This document shows, piece by piece, positions 11,687-24,100 of a DNA stretch of 64,000 nt. The first letter of the stretch is position 1. Each line of letters starts with the position of its first letter. The notes under the pieces are model-generated. The model worked only from the letters and a program-made list of their open reading frames with translations. It was not told where the DNA came from and ran no database searches. Origin of the DNA: Vezdaea acicularis (taxonomy: Eukaryota). The stretch is taken from contig JAPEUI010000015.1 in assembly GCA_026025075.1 (NCBI GenBank), forward strand, positions 1-64,000, given 5' to 3'. A program made the translations under genes and the position numbers.

Positions 11687-13170
11687 ATGGCCGACCAGAA
11701 TACCCCTCAGAGGGAACCAACGGCGAATATGGAGGATGGCGAGGATTGGGCGAAGGAACTACGAATACGGTTCGAACAGATGATGCGAACGAAAAGGTAC
11801 AACGACCTGGATAGATCGCGATCACGCTCTGGCTCTCCTGCTGCATTTGATCGAACCTCGACTGGCTCCAATCATCGGACTGCCTCTCCAGCGATGACTA
11901 GACCCATGCAACCTCAATCGTCACGACCCATCTCCGAATCATCCAGTTCATCGAGGTCTCTTCGACCATCATCGGCTGCTCTACATCCGCACGTTCGTAC
12001 AGCGCTCAGGAATGCTCCGATAGAGCCTGTGGAGCCCCAAGACAGCAACGGCATCCGATTCAAGAACCATCTCATATCCGCATCACACACACCAATCAAA
12101 TATGAGAACCCTGGATTGCTAGACGAAGCATTATCAGTCATTCCTCTCGATAGGATCTACCCGGAAGCGCAAGAGGAGAGTGAATTCTTACAAGCTCAGG
12201 CGGAAAGTATGGGAGATGGACGAAAGGCCGAATGGGGATATCAGGACTGTGTCATAAGAGCACTATTAAAGTACGTTGATCCCTCAGCCGTTCTATGATC
12301 GAGTCTCCCCTTGGACAGGCCACCATGGAAGTACCAATGGAAGCTGACGGCTCTTGTTTCAGGTGGTTCAAAGGCAGCTTCTTCACATGGGTGGACAACC
12401 CACCTTGCCCCAATTGCTTTTCACCAACAATCGGAGCAGGATTAGCCGTTCCAACACCAGATGAGGCAGCCCGTGGTGCCGGTCGAACAGAGATGTATAA
12501 ATGCTCTAACGTCGAATGCGGAATCATGGAGCGCTTCCCCCGATTCTCAGATGTTTGGACACTACTCCAGACACGGAAGGGCCGGTGTGGCGAATGGGCA
12601 AACTGCTTTGCAATGTTGTGTCGGGCTCTCGGGTCAAGGATAAGGTACATCTGGAATGCCGAAGACCACGTCTGGATAGAGGTCTGGTCTGAGCACCAAA
12701 AGAGGTGGATTCATGTTGATGCTTGCGAAGAGGCTTGGGACACCCCCCGACTTTATGCTGAAGGCTGGAACAAGAAGATGTCTTATTGCATTGCTTTCTC
12801 TACCGAAGGAGCAACAGATGTCACCCGTCGCTACGTTCGCGACCCCGAAGCCCATGGCCTACCTCGCAATCGCATTTCAGAAGCTGGGCTGTTATGGACA
12901 CTAGATAGGATCACGGCAATGCGGAGGGAGAACATGCCCAAAGAAGATCGACATCGTCTCCAATTCGAACATCAACGCGAGCAGAAAGAACTCCGAGGCT
13001 TTGTCGTCCAGGCTCTCGCTGCGAAGGTGACGAATTTTTTGCCTGGACGCTCCGAGACCTCGCCTACTTCTGAAGACGCTAAATTGCCCGTAGGAAGGCA
13101 AAGCGGTTCCACGGAATGGGTTCAGGCTCGGGGCGAGGACGGCCAGCAGTCCAGTCAAGAAGGCCTGTAA
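11687..13170 (+). CDS. PNG1: Cytosolic peptide:N-glycanase (transglutaminase fold)
   Basis: [19 protein letters not shown] across intron 12271-12362, CPNC and CSNVEC zinc ligands, [10 protein letters not shown] / DHVW / HVDACE catalytic Cys-His-Asp. Confidence 0.93.
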
Positions 13171-14170
13171 GAAAATCAAACCGTGGGAAACCATCATTGG
13201 TTCAAACCTTTCATCGCAAACCACAATGGCCACGCAGCGCGATTATACCTCGTTCGAAGTCTGCACTACCGAAAAAGCCACCCTCGATAACGACCGTCTA
13301 TCTGAGGGACTCACTACGGCCACCAAGATGCCCGCACTTGACGATCAACACAAGAGTGCAACAGCGGAAGCTTGCACTGGCCATTCATCACTTCCAGTCC
13401 AATAACTGAAAATATATTGAAATACCTGCCGCCGGGATTCCTCCGCGTTACCCAATCGCCACATTACATAGCACACACTTTCTTTTGTAACAATGCATCA
13501 ACTTGTCACTCATTACATCTGCATGGCTCTGGCAGAACATCGACAGCACCGCCGAGTTTGTGCTCACGCATCGTCCAATTCTTCTTTGTCCTAGCATGGG
13601 GGCGTTCAGACTTCTCAGAATCGGAGTTTAGTCATCTTATCGGCGTAATTCAAACCATCCTACATGTCACCGAACTCACAAAGGCGTTCGTATTTCTTTA
13701 CTTTGTTTACCTTACTACATGCCTACCGATATCAAAGTGGCGCGCGTCAATGGGCGCCAGTAACTCAAAACGGTTCGCTGCTTTCATTTCTGGCGTCAGG
13801 TCATGAAGCGGGCCAATGGTGAGGGATGGGAGTTTATACTTGAAGACCGGAGGAACCCATGGAGAAATGTTTTTATGCTGTAGTCAGCCAGTGTAATTTT
13901 TGGGAATCGAATGGGGCGCAGTGGATACTGAGGCTCAGAATAACTGCGTAGATCGCAGAGCGCCTGAGTCATGGGCTGTTGTATAGGTGACTCAGGCAAG
14001 AGCTCAGTCAATGATTTAATCTAAACTATCATCGTTCATGATCCTTCTGTCTGTGGCGATTGGGCCGTAGCGATGCGAAGAGCCGACATGTAGACATTAT
14101 CAGGGTATGATGTTCACCAAAGACCAGAAAAACTTCTACGTTACGCCATCTTCTACCAATGCATACAGAC

Positions 14171-15269
14171 CTATGCCCCTGAGGCCCCACGGAACGGCAC
14201 ACACAAAGCACTTACGTAGCTTACCGAACTGTCTCGTAATCCTACCACGTCACTGCTTCTCTCGTATCTGAGGGCCTCCCAATAGACCTCTGTTGCTGCT
14301 TCCTCTCCGGCCTTCGATTCCGACTTTAATTTCACGGCCGCGTCAAGCATCGACAGCAGCACCCCAATCGGATGTCGTCCGCAGACAGTATTACCCGTCT
14401 CACTCAGCACCTCCCACCAGCGCTTGTGCACCTCTTTCAACCCGGCTTTGCCCGTCATAGTATCTATGCAGGCCCAGTCCAGTTCATGAATGCTGTCCGA
14501 TATCGACCGTCGCATTGTACTTGAGGAGAGGGTCAAATTGACGCCAGAGGAGACCGGCGCCGGCGGGTGAGGCGAAGGGAGGAAATAAGTGTAGCTGAAG
14601 CGTGTGCCCCAGTGGCAGAAGTCAGATGAGATGACGAAGACGCTGTCCGGGGATTGGAGATAGGGGAGCAGGATCCGTGCGAGGGTCATCTCGGTTTTGC
14701 GGGATGTCGAGCCCACCATGATAGGGACTAAAGTGGGGAAATCTGAAGGGGATGAGAATTGCAAGGAACACATCTTGTATATGTATGGCAGGTGCATCTC
14801 CAGACTGTGTTCATCGGCATCCGTTCCCGAGCTCATGGACTCGAATTCGCCGGTCGAAGCCAACTCCTTGATGATATCTGTGTCAAGACGTAAGTCACCC
14901 ATTGGGGTGCGGTACGATGTGTGTTTGGATAAGGCGGCGGTGGTCAGATGCTTATGGTGGGATGGGCCTAGGAGGAAGACATGCTTTGCGTTGGACAGGT
15001 CAAGGGACTTGTAGGCCCAGGCTGCGGCTGGGCCGGAGTAAGAGTAACCGGCATGTCTAGAAATCTATCTGTGAGCCAATAGCTCCTTTAGAGAAGATTG
15101 CTGTTCGGGCGTACGGTGCTACTATCACGCGTGCTCCAGGATACGGAACTTGGGTTCCGCTCGGAAGCTGGGACGGAACAGCTCTGAGCCAGGAGTCGAG
15201 CTCATTAGAGAGTTTGTCTGGATTGGAGGAGTACCAAGAGCCAGCGTGACTGGCTGGACGGGGGGCCAT
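14171..15269 (-). CDS. MEMO1: MEMO1 family protein (yeast MHO1-like)
   Basis: RPASHAGSWY, VAP|HAGYSYSG across intron 15114-15057, LGPSHH, EHSLEMHLPY, SSDFCHWG, NTVCGRHPI, DSSVSY. Confidence 0.92.
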
Positions 15270-15707
15270 AATGAAAGGTGAATAGCTATTTGGTTTGAGG
15301 AAGGGGGAAGGTTTGGCGAGGTAGTGGGGGGATGGTGGGGCAGTGTGTTGTGACGAGATAAGTACCCTGACGCTCACACGAACCTTTATAAGGCTTGATT
15401 ATAGACAACGGAGCATTGGATCGTTCTACCCCTGATAATAATGTCTCTCGAGAACGTCTTTTCTGAATATGTGCGCTCATAGTAGTGTCTGTCCACATGG
15501 TTGGCTGTAAGTACTCAACCCGATTGAGACTAGTGGCACGCGTAAACGAGTCCGTAAAGACGCCGCGCAACGACTTGGGGAGAGCGCGTCTCGTATCTCC
15601 CCATTTAGTCGCTACATGTACTACATTCATCAAGTCATTTTGGTTCGCGATTGATAGATCTTGGAACCTCTCAAAGGAACACTTCCTCGCATCCCACAAA
15701 TATAACA

Positions 15708-16458
15708 ATGGCACTTAAACGCAAACGCTCCGACTCCGAGTTCTCGTCGCCGATGACCACCTCGAGCGCCTCCTCGATACAGATGGAGCGCGACACATCA
15801 TCCAGTCCTACCCCTTTTCCGCAGGAGTCACGCTATAACCTCGATGGATTCGATCACTCTATGGAAGATTTCCGGAGACTGCCCAATGGTACCGGCGTCA
15901 TGGAGATCACGCCGCAACACCTGAGCAGTCGGACGCGGAAGCGCTTTCGAAACAGCAGACCAGACGATAGCGTGGTGCACGGTAGGCTTTGCCCCCCTCT
16001 ACTGCTAGTTTTACGTAGCATTGGCTGACCTGGCTTCAAAAGCGCATACCTTGAACCTTCTCTATAATGCCCAAAAGCCTACTGCGCCCGTCCCAGTGCC
16101 TAGCCAAGATTCTCGTCCACAAAGGTCAGGGCACCGTTCGTCCTCTGCTCCACAGCCTACTTTACACTCTTTCTGGAATCTGCCCTACCGAACAAATACG
16201 AACTTCACGGCTATGAGCGAGGAAAACACGCCGTTGCCAAGGGCGTGTTGTGAGGATTGTGATGGTCATTTGCCTTATGCGGCCAGCAACCAGGACGCAA
16301 TGGATATTGAAGGCTTAGATGACTATGGATGTCTCAAATGTAAGAGACAGGTCTGCGATATATGTGCGGTGTCGGCAGATGAGGGTCGAGTCTGTTTGCA
16401 ATGCGAAAGGTCGGGCTTCGGGAGGAAGAAATGGGTTGGGGGGCTGGGCTGGATGTAG
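15708..16458 (+). CDS. Conserved fungal hypothetical protein with NLS-like start and Cys-rich C-terminus
   Basis: MALKRKRS..., LSSRTRKRFRNSRPD, intron 15982-16042 restores frame, CEDCD..C..C...C..C..C..C, ends KKWVGGLGWM. Confidence 0.75.
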
Positions 16459-18302
16459 GCATCGATGAGAACTATGTACGGCGCTCAATTGGATGAATAA
16501 TAGGCGTGTATATATTATGATTTGGATGGTAACCGGTTTAGGCCGCCTCAAATCATTTCCTGTCTCCTATTGAACCCATAGTAGCAGTTATCATGTGATC
16601 CAACCCAATATGATCATAGCGATGATTTCGCCGGGGTTTCCCACTACTATCCAACGCCTTCCAGCCTTGATTTTAACAGGGTTGGAAGAAACCTTTCTTT
16701 CAATCAATCAACTTTTCGAGTCATTTCCTGGCGGCTTCATTGGAGGAGCACGCGGATAGTCTCGGTGACGTCATGTGCAGCTCGCCGAGGATTTTGCTCA
16801 ATCAATGATCGTGAACAGTCTTTCCCATCCAAGACGATAAAATAGCATTCCGATGCGGCTGGGCAGACTGCGTCCAGAAAAAGAGCGCTTCTTCCATAAA
16901 GAGGAATTTTTATGGTTAGCTGCTTCTCCACAGTCGCAGCGGTTGATCTGCTATGAACTTCTTGTGCGCCCCTTACGGTATTAGCATCCACCAAAAACAA
17001 AACCAGGAAACCCGGGAGCGCGGGGCGCAGGATCGGACGCACCTTTACCAAAGGCCATGTGCTTAGACTCAATTGGGGGGTTTTGGAATTACCCAGGACT
17101 CCTCGGCGGTTCTTCCGCTTGCTCGATCAGAATTCTGCATCATCACAGTGGCTTTCTTTGGGATCGACTCGCGCTATGGGCTCTCCGACGCATGGGCCAT
17201 CACAACCGCCATTGGTTCGAGCATTTGGCGTTCTTCAGAGAGGTCCAATAGTCCTGTCTTATCCCCTAGCTGGTCACTGGATCATCCTTTGGCGGGGTTA
17301 TGCTCAATATTGCCTTTGACTTGGTTGACGCGGCAGTACGGCACAAGGAGGGGCTGGCGCCCTCCCTTATTTCCCCAGCTTTCTCCGCAAATCGTCTCCG
17401 GGCAGGCCGGGCCTTGTCCCAATCAGAATCGCGTACGGCTACCGACCACACCCACCACCCCTGCTAGTGCGGGGCCACTGCCAATTAGCCTATGACGACG
17501 GGATTATGTCCTTCACGGCAGCCAGAAACACCACTCGACACCACGACCACCCCGTCAGCGCGATGACCATGACTGACCATTCCTCGATTCGGAAGACCGT
17601 AGCTTGCAGTGCTTCCGGAGTATGTGTATAACTAAATCAGTGATCACACACCGGAGACTATCCTCGCTCACGTCACTGGACTCGCCGATCACATCTGCCG
17701 ACCTCTGCACAACGTCTCGTCGTTCGCCATCCGACGGCTGCACCGGCCTGACCTCCTCCTGCAATGCAACGCAGACATTCCTGGGGGCACAGAGCGTAGT
17801 GAATGTAAGCACTCTATCAGTAGTGGGGAGGACAGGCATCTGCTTGCTGCCAGTACGCGACTTGTACGACGACCGGCAAGGGGACTTCCTCGCATTAGAA
17901 AGCGTTGTGCACATGATGTAGGGGCCACCTTGAGGACCTCGTCCCGCCCTGGCCGAATGTGGGAAAGCTCGGGGAGCAATGGAAGCTGCTGAGGGGCTTC
18001 TTAGGCTAGATCTCCTCCCCACTCTCCTTCATTGGCTAATGCCGCACGGTATGACGATCGCGGTCCGACGTCCTCTCTTTGTTTAGTCTTGCGCCTGACC
18101 ACTTCCCCAGTCCGCGCCTGTTGGAGAGCCATGGTCTCCCCGTAAGGACCTCGTATATATTCATTGCCTTCACCCACACTTGGCGCATTTTTTGAGTCGT
18201 TCTATCGAGTTAGAGGCGATCCAAGGTCTAGTCATAACAAACACGACTTCATCATATTCCTAGAGGACACGGTCAAATAAACGTGTTGCTACCCCTTTCA
18301 CG

Positions 18303-19341
18303 ATGACGACTACCACAGATCACGCTGCTACTACTACGGCGATGCAGAAGGAGGAGGGCATTAATGGGACGAACGGCACTCACGGCACTCACGGCGCTCA
18401 CGGAACACACGGTCGTGGCGGAGGATATGGAGCCTATGGCGGCAATCCTCTTGCTCGAGAAACAACCGGCGACAGCGCTCGACTCCCTGCATTTGGTGGA
18501 GAGTTTCAACCAGGTTCCTACCGACCGCAGCGCAAGTTTGCGAACCCGGCGCCTCTGGGCTTGAGTGCTTTCGCTTTAACCACGTTCATCCTGAGTCTGA
18601 TCAACCTGAATACGCATGGCGTTGCTCACCCGAATATCGTTGTTGCATCTGCGTTTGGATATGGTGGGCTTGTGCAATTGCTTGCGGGCATGTGGTAAGT
18701 CAGATATCTACGGAGACTTACCCCGCTTGCCGTACCTATGTACTCATGCACATGACAGGGAAATGGCTGTTGGGAATACTTTCGGTGCTACCGCGCTCTC
18801 GTCGTACGGTGGATTCTGGATCTCATTTGCCATTACTCTGACTCCGGGCGGCTTCAACATCGTCGAGGGTGGTTACAAAGGCGAGACACCAGAGTTTTTC
18901 CATGCCTTTGGCTTTTTCCTCTTCGTAAGTTCTCCTGTCGAGCTCCGGCCGGCGTTTCATCGCCGGGTCCGCTTTTTATTATAATGTGGAAACTAACAAC
19001 CAAGCCAGGGGTGGTTCATATTTACCACACTACTCTGCCTCTGCACCCTCCGCAGTACCGTCGCCTTCTTCTCCCTCTTCTTTGTCCTTGCTCTCACCTT
19101 CCTCATGCTCGGCATCGGATACATGGAGCTGCGTGAGGTTGGCGGCGCAATGGTGCCCCACCCCACGCTGGTGAAGGCTGGTGGCGGATTCGGAGTCATC
19201 GTAGCATTTATTGCCTGGTACAACGCGTTTGCCGGTATCCTAGAACCGAGTAACAGCTTCTTCATCGTGCCCGTGGCGCACTTCCCCTGGAGCGACAAGG
19301 GGCGTGAGAGGCGCGGAAAGGCCAACGCCGCGACTGTTTGA
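18303..19341 (+). CDS. GPR1/FUN34/YaaH family acetate transporter (AcpA/Ady2-like), 3 exons
   Basis: AFGGEFQPG, FANPAPLGLSAFALTTF signature, GGLVQLLAGMW|EMAVGNTFGATALSSYGGFW; introns from about 18695 and 18925. Confidence 0.93.
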
Positions 19342-19658
19342 AGACACTTTTGAAAATTCAAGGGGTGGTTTCATATGGTAGTACCGATAAAGCTCTTTCT
19401 TAGGCCTTGATGATCGACAAAGATGGACGCTGCTTGAAGGGGATGTCTAATGTACAATACAGCTTCACAGTACGATGAGATACCATGAACATATTGACTT
19501 TTTAGCCTTCACATAATATCAATTCCTCCACGCTTTGCTTGCTGCGTGTCATCTTGCGCTGTTATAACCTGAGATAGAATGTCCCCTCTTCGGCCACCGT
19601 GCTATTGATCCGGTGTCAACACTCTTATTATTCCCCCTTTCCGCTTTCCACCCCGTAT

Positions 19659-20596
19659 TTACCCGACAGTCCCTCCACCCCCAGGACCAAACGGCCTCTG
19701 GAAATTGACCTGCCTCGACCACGCCGCACAACTCGCCCTCACCCTCGCCAGACTAACCCTTCTCTGTCCCGGCCTCAGCGGCTGACTAAGCATATTAACA
19801 CACGTGCTCCTCAGCGGCCCTGATGCCCCTACATCCACGCTTTGCATACTCCCCTGCCTCACTCCCGGCACCCGTCCCCTCCACGACTGCTGAACCTGCT
19901 CTTGCTGTGTATAGTCATCTGGATCTCTCCAAGGGCGTGTGCTCTCAGGGTTCACCTGCAGGGCCGTGGTGCCCAGAAGGCCCAGAAGGCGCCCGATGGC
20001 GTAGAACTCGAAGTTGGGCCTTTGCTCCCAGGTACAACGGCAGGACCAGTAGCAGAAGGGCATGATCAGGGTGGTGCTGGGGGGCTTGAGGAGGGGGTCC
20101 GCCAGGTGCTCGAAGCAATTGTGGGCGGCTTCTGGGTGGTCGCAGATGCAGCCTGCGGAGCGGGCTAGGGGGGGTTTTGTGTTAGTATAGAACGTTGCTG
20201 TGTTCTTGGGAGGGTTGTGGTTGGGGGAGAGGGAGATAAGTGTGGCATGAGAGAGGAGGAGAGAGTACTATTAGTTGTGTAAGCGCATAGTGTCCGTATA
20301 TCCGGGAATTCGTCCCGATTGAGCCCTTCCGGCCAACCGGGCCATGTTGACCCAGGGAGTGGAGCGTCATCACATTCGATAAAGTTAGGCACACTGGCCC
20401 GGACGTTGTTGGAGAGGGGGTCTAGGGGATTATGGTATTCATAATTGAAGGAGGAGCCTTCGTTGGTGGTGCCGCGCTCGCTGATGGGAGAGGATCCGCT
20501 AGTGATAGTGGAAGCAAGGGAGAGTAAAGCATGAACGAGAAATAGAAGTTCATAACGCTGTCTTCTATACTTGAAGAGTAAGATCGAGGAGGCCAT
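19659..20596 (-). CDS. Putative secreted cysteine-rich protein
   Basis: Hydrophobic leader LLFLVHALLSLASTITSG. Intron 20268-20165 (GTACTC..TACTAAC..TAG) joins LCAYTTN in frame to TRSAGCICDH..NCFEH..FCYWSCRC. Confidence 0.6.
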
Positions 20597-21188
20597 GATC
20601 GAGTCATTCGCACTGCTGCGGCTGCCGTCCAACGAGCTTGCGTTGATAACACAGCAACATGCGCACCCTAAGTACCCCGCTCTTAGATTGCAAGATGCGC
20701 GGCCGATCTGATAGCAAAATGCCCTGTGCTACCACGGTTGCGCCAATAATCATGGTTATCGACCCCACAGTTACATTGTAACCCTCGCATCCTTCTCTGC
20801 GCACGGTTGTATTTCTGGGGTAACCGCGTGGGACAATTGGCCTTGAGGAGAGATCTGTGCACGCTTCGCGAATCATAAGATCGGGTTAGTAAATCCTTCG
20901 GAGTTTAATCCGAGCTTAGGAGCTCGAGGTACTCGGGTATAATGAAAAGGTTAAGAGTAAAGAAGAACGAAATGAACTCAATGTTGCAACAAGGAAGATT
21001 CATCACCGAAACGGTTGTAAACATATACAATCTTCAAGACACTTTATGATTCGAATTAATCATAAGAATTGAGTAGTCTCGCAACCTCTAGCATAACGTT
21101 ACAATAGCGAAAGGCTCGAAATGCGCAGTTCGTAACGCTCTTATGTCGACAATACAAGAGAGGGAGGATAATATCCTCATGGTGTGCT

Positions 21189-24100
21189 CTAGAAACCTAA
21201 CACCTGCAAGTCCGCTTCCACCTTTTCTCCATCTCTAGGTTCAATTGGCTTGCTAAAAGGTCGATTCGACAAAGATGGGAACTGATGCCAGCAATTGGGA
21301 GCCTGCAATACATATCTCGCCATTGCTTCCCGGAACCTTGACTTATACTCTTTTGGACTCGTCACCGTAGGCATGTTTCGTCCCCCACCCGCAAAGCCAC
21401 GATCCTTGATCCAATACTCCAATTTCTTGTCCCAGGTATATGTTCGAATACAGTCGATAATCCCAACAACAAGTTCTTTCCGTACTTCGTCAATTGCGAT
21501 CATCAAAGAGTAGTCCATGACATTCTGGCGTGCGAGGAACAAAGTATCATTCCAGACGCTAGCGCGAAGAAGCTTCTTAGAATGCTCACGGGCGAATAAG
21601 GGTGTCTCGAATATGAAGTCGACCATGTTTTCATCCAGCAAAACCTCATTCTGTTCGCCAGTCGGCTCGATCTTGCGGTTACGCATTGACCCTTTGAGGT
21701 CGAACGTCCTCTGAGGTACCCGGTCGTAGAATAGGTTCTCCATTAGTAAAAGGTCAAACTTGATATCGGTACCAGTCACTGGATTCCTAATGACAACCTG
21801 GTAGAAACCGAGCATCTTGGCGATAACTGAAGGAAGCTCCCGAAAGAATACCTCAGACATGATCTGGAAATAAGCGGGGGCAAACTTGAGGAACGCTTGC
21901 GTCTCAGCAGGTAAAAGTGACTTGAGGACGAATCTATCGTCTAGCGTCTTTAAGAAGACCGATTTAGATTTTCCGCCTTTAGAATCCCACTTGATACATC
22001 GAGCTAACGACTCTACTATCCGATCTGCTACGCCGCAAGTTCTTCGCACAGCATCAAATTGTTCGGCGTAAAAAATCTTGCAAAGCATGCTAGCAGGACC
22101 TTCGCGGAACTGATACTTGAGGTGTGAGCCAGTTGTTCGAAGCAAAGTTCGCTCAATCTGATCTTGGTTACCGTGTTCTGGTACGTCGCTGTCTTGGTCC
22201 TTGCTTTCCTCTAGGGGCTCTGCGTCTTGCTCCCGCGACGCTTGGAGTTTAGCCTTGTAGTCGGCGGAATCGAGAGAGAAAGCGATAAGGGAGCTGATCT
22301 CGTCTTCCCGGATGATCACGTCTGAATCAACAAAAACATGATCCGTAGCGGATAGCGGATACTCCAAAGGTGACCAGCCGCTCGCTGACCGCTCAGCCCA
22401 GAAATTTGCAAGCATTTTCATGAGCGTAGACCGCTCAGATTTTGGGAGATCAATCCTCAAATCCAGAGATGATTCTTCCGTTGATAAAGATTGCGAAGAG
22501 TCTAGTAAATCGGGTATCTGGATGTTTTCCAGTATCAACTGTTCAGTGTCACTGGCGTCGCCTTCTGTATCTGACGCGGTCTGACTTTCTGTATGTACGC
22601 CCTCGTCCGTCTCCGTGCTTTCAGCTGTGGTTTCTGTGGCCCGAGCCTCCTCAGAGGCTTGCTGGTCTAGCGAGGTTTTGGAAGGTCCTTTATTTATGAG
22701 CGCATGATCTAAAGCGGCAGTCTTAGGCCATAGTATCGAGTTTTGATTCTGATCGTCGTCATCGGAATCTTTCTCACCAACCGCATCATGGACATTCTGA
22801 TAGACTTCCACCACGGGTCGAGAGGATGCCATAGGATACGCTCGCGACTGTTTCGTTATTGCCGCCTTCCGTCTCTCTCGAAGTCTTTCCTTTTCAAATT
22901 CACGGCTGAGTTGCTCAAAATGTTTTGCTAAGCTAAATACTTTTGACTCTTTCTTTTTGGTACCAACAGAGCGCGGAATCAAAGACGAACCTCCTCCTTT
23001 CTTGCCACTCTTGAGAGAATGAAGGCCAAACCTTTCCGAAAGCTTTCTCTCACTGCCCTTAATAGATTCAACCAGGCTGCCTTTCGATAGCCCATCATGA
23101 TTCTTATTGATGTTTGAAGATTCGGCTGGACTAGGCATAGCTAAACTTCTTTGGCTGCTATCAGTACTCCGAAGCCCCGGAACCTTTGCTGGCTGCGTTT
23201 GAGACCTTGTTAGGGGGGGTGATGCTGTCGAGGGCTTCCTCCTCTGTGAAATAGGTTCAGATGGTCTAGGAATCCCCGATGTAGAGCCCGAAATGGGTTT
23301 GAAGGGGATGGGTGATGCTTTTGCGCGGTCAATATGCTCCTCCCGGCCTCTTTCAATTGTTTCCTGTACCGGAGTCGACACTGCTAACTCATCATCGGCT
23401 GCTTTCTGATTCATTGCCGTAGAAGGGCGTATGGGTTTAGAGTCTGGTGATTTGGGCAGTTGGTCGACAAGATCGGGGTAATTCGACGGTACCGCCAAAT
23501 CGAGATGTTGGACTTGTTCTGAGGCAATTTTTGAAGGTACACTCCGCTGATCAACGATGTGCCCTTCCAGCTGTACTGGAAGCGGAGTCTCATCCGCGAG
23601 CCCCGAGTTCTCCTCTACCACTGACGTCAACATCTCCCGGGCTTCTTCCGGGGACATTTGTGTCGGCTTTGGTGCAATTTCGATTGATCCAGTGCGTGAA
23701 CGTTCGCCGTTTTCATTAGTGTCGGTGCTCGCCGTACTGTTACCGTCCTCGGTGGGATTAATAGAAGAAACCGAAGCCTCGCGGTCGAGGAAGATCTTCT
23801 TCAACTGGAGAGCAGCAAGACGTCGGATGTCTTTCTCTGACGGAAAATAGTTGTCATCAAATTCCGCAAAAGTGGTATCCCATTCAGCAACTTTCTCTTG
23901 CATTGACCTTACCGCCCTGTTTAATGGCACTGTCTCGTAGTATTTCGAGTTCATGTATATGTCTTGCAGCTTATGTAGAAGGAACCCATGCTCTTCGGTT
24001 GCGCGCTTCATCAATGCTTCGACTTCGGCTTTGCATGCGTCCTTTTTCTCTGGAACGACGTTATCAACATCAATGCCTTTGATGCGCGAGATTACCGAGG

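Noticed and set aside
11687..13170. Catalytically dead PNGase as in Neurospora
   Set aside because: The Cys-His-Asp triad and zinc cysteines are all present
16500..18300. Coding ORFs upstream of the acetate transporter
   Set aside because: No protein-like motifs; more simply a long carbon-regulated promoter with SYGGRG-like sites and TATA near 18154
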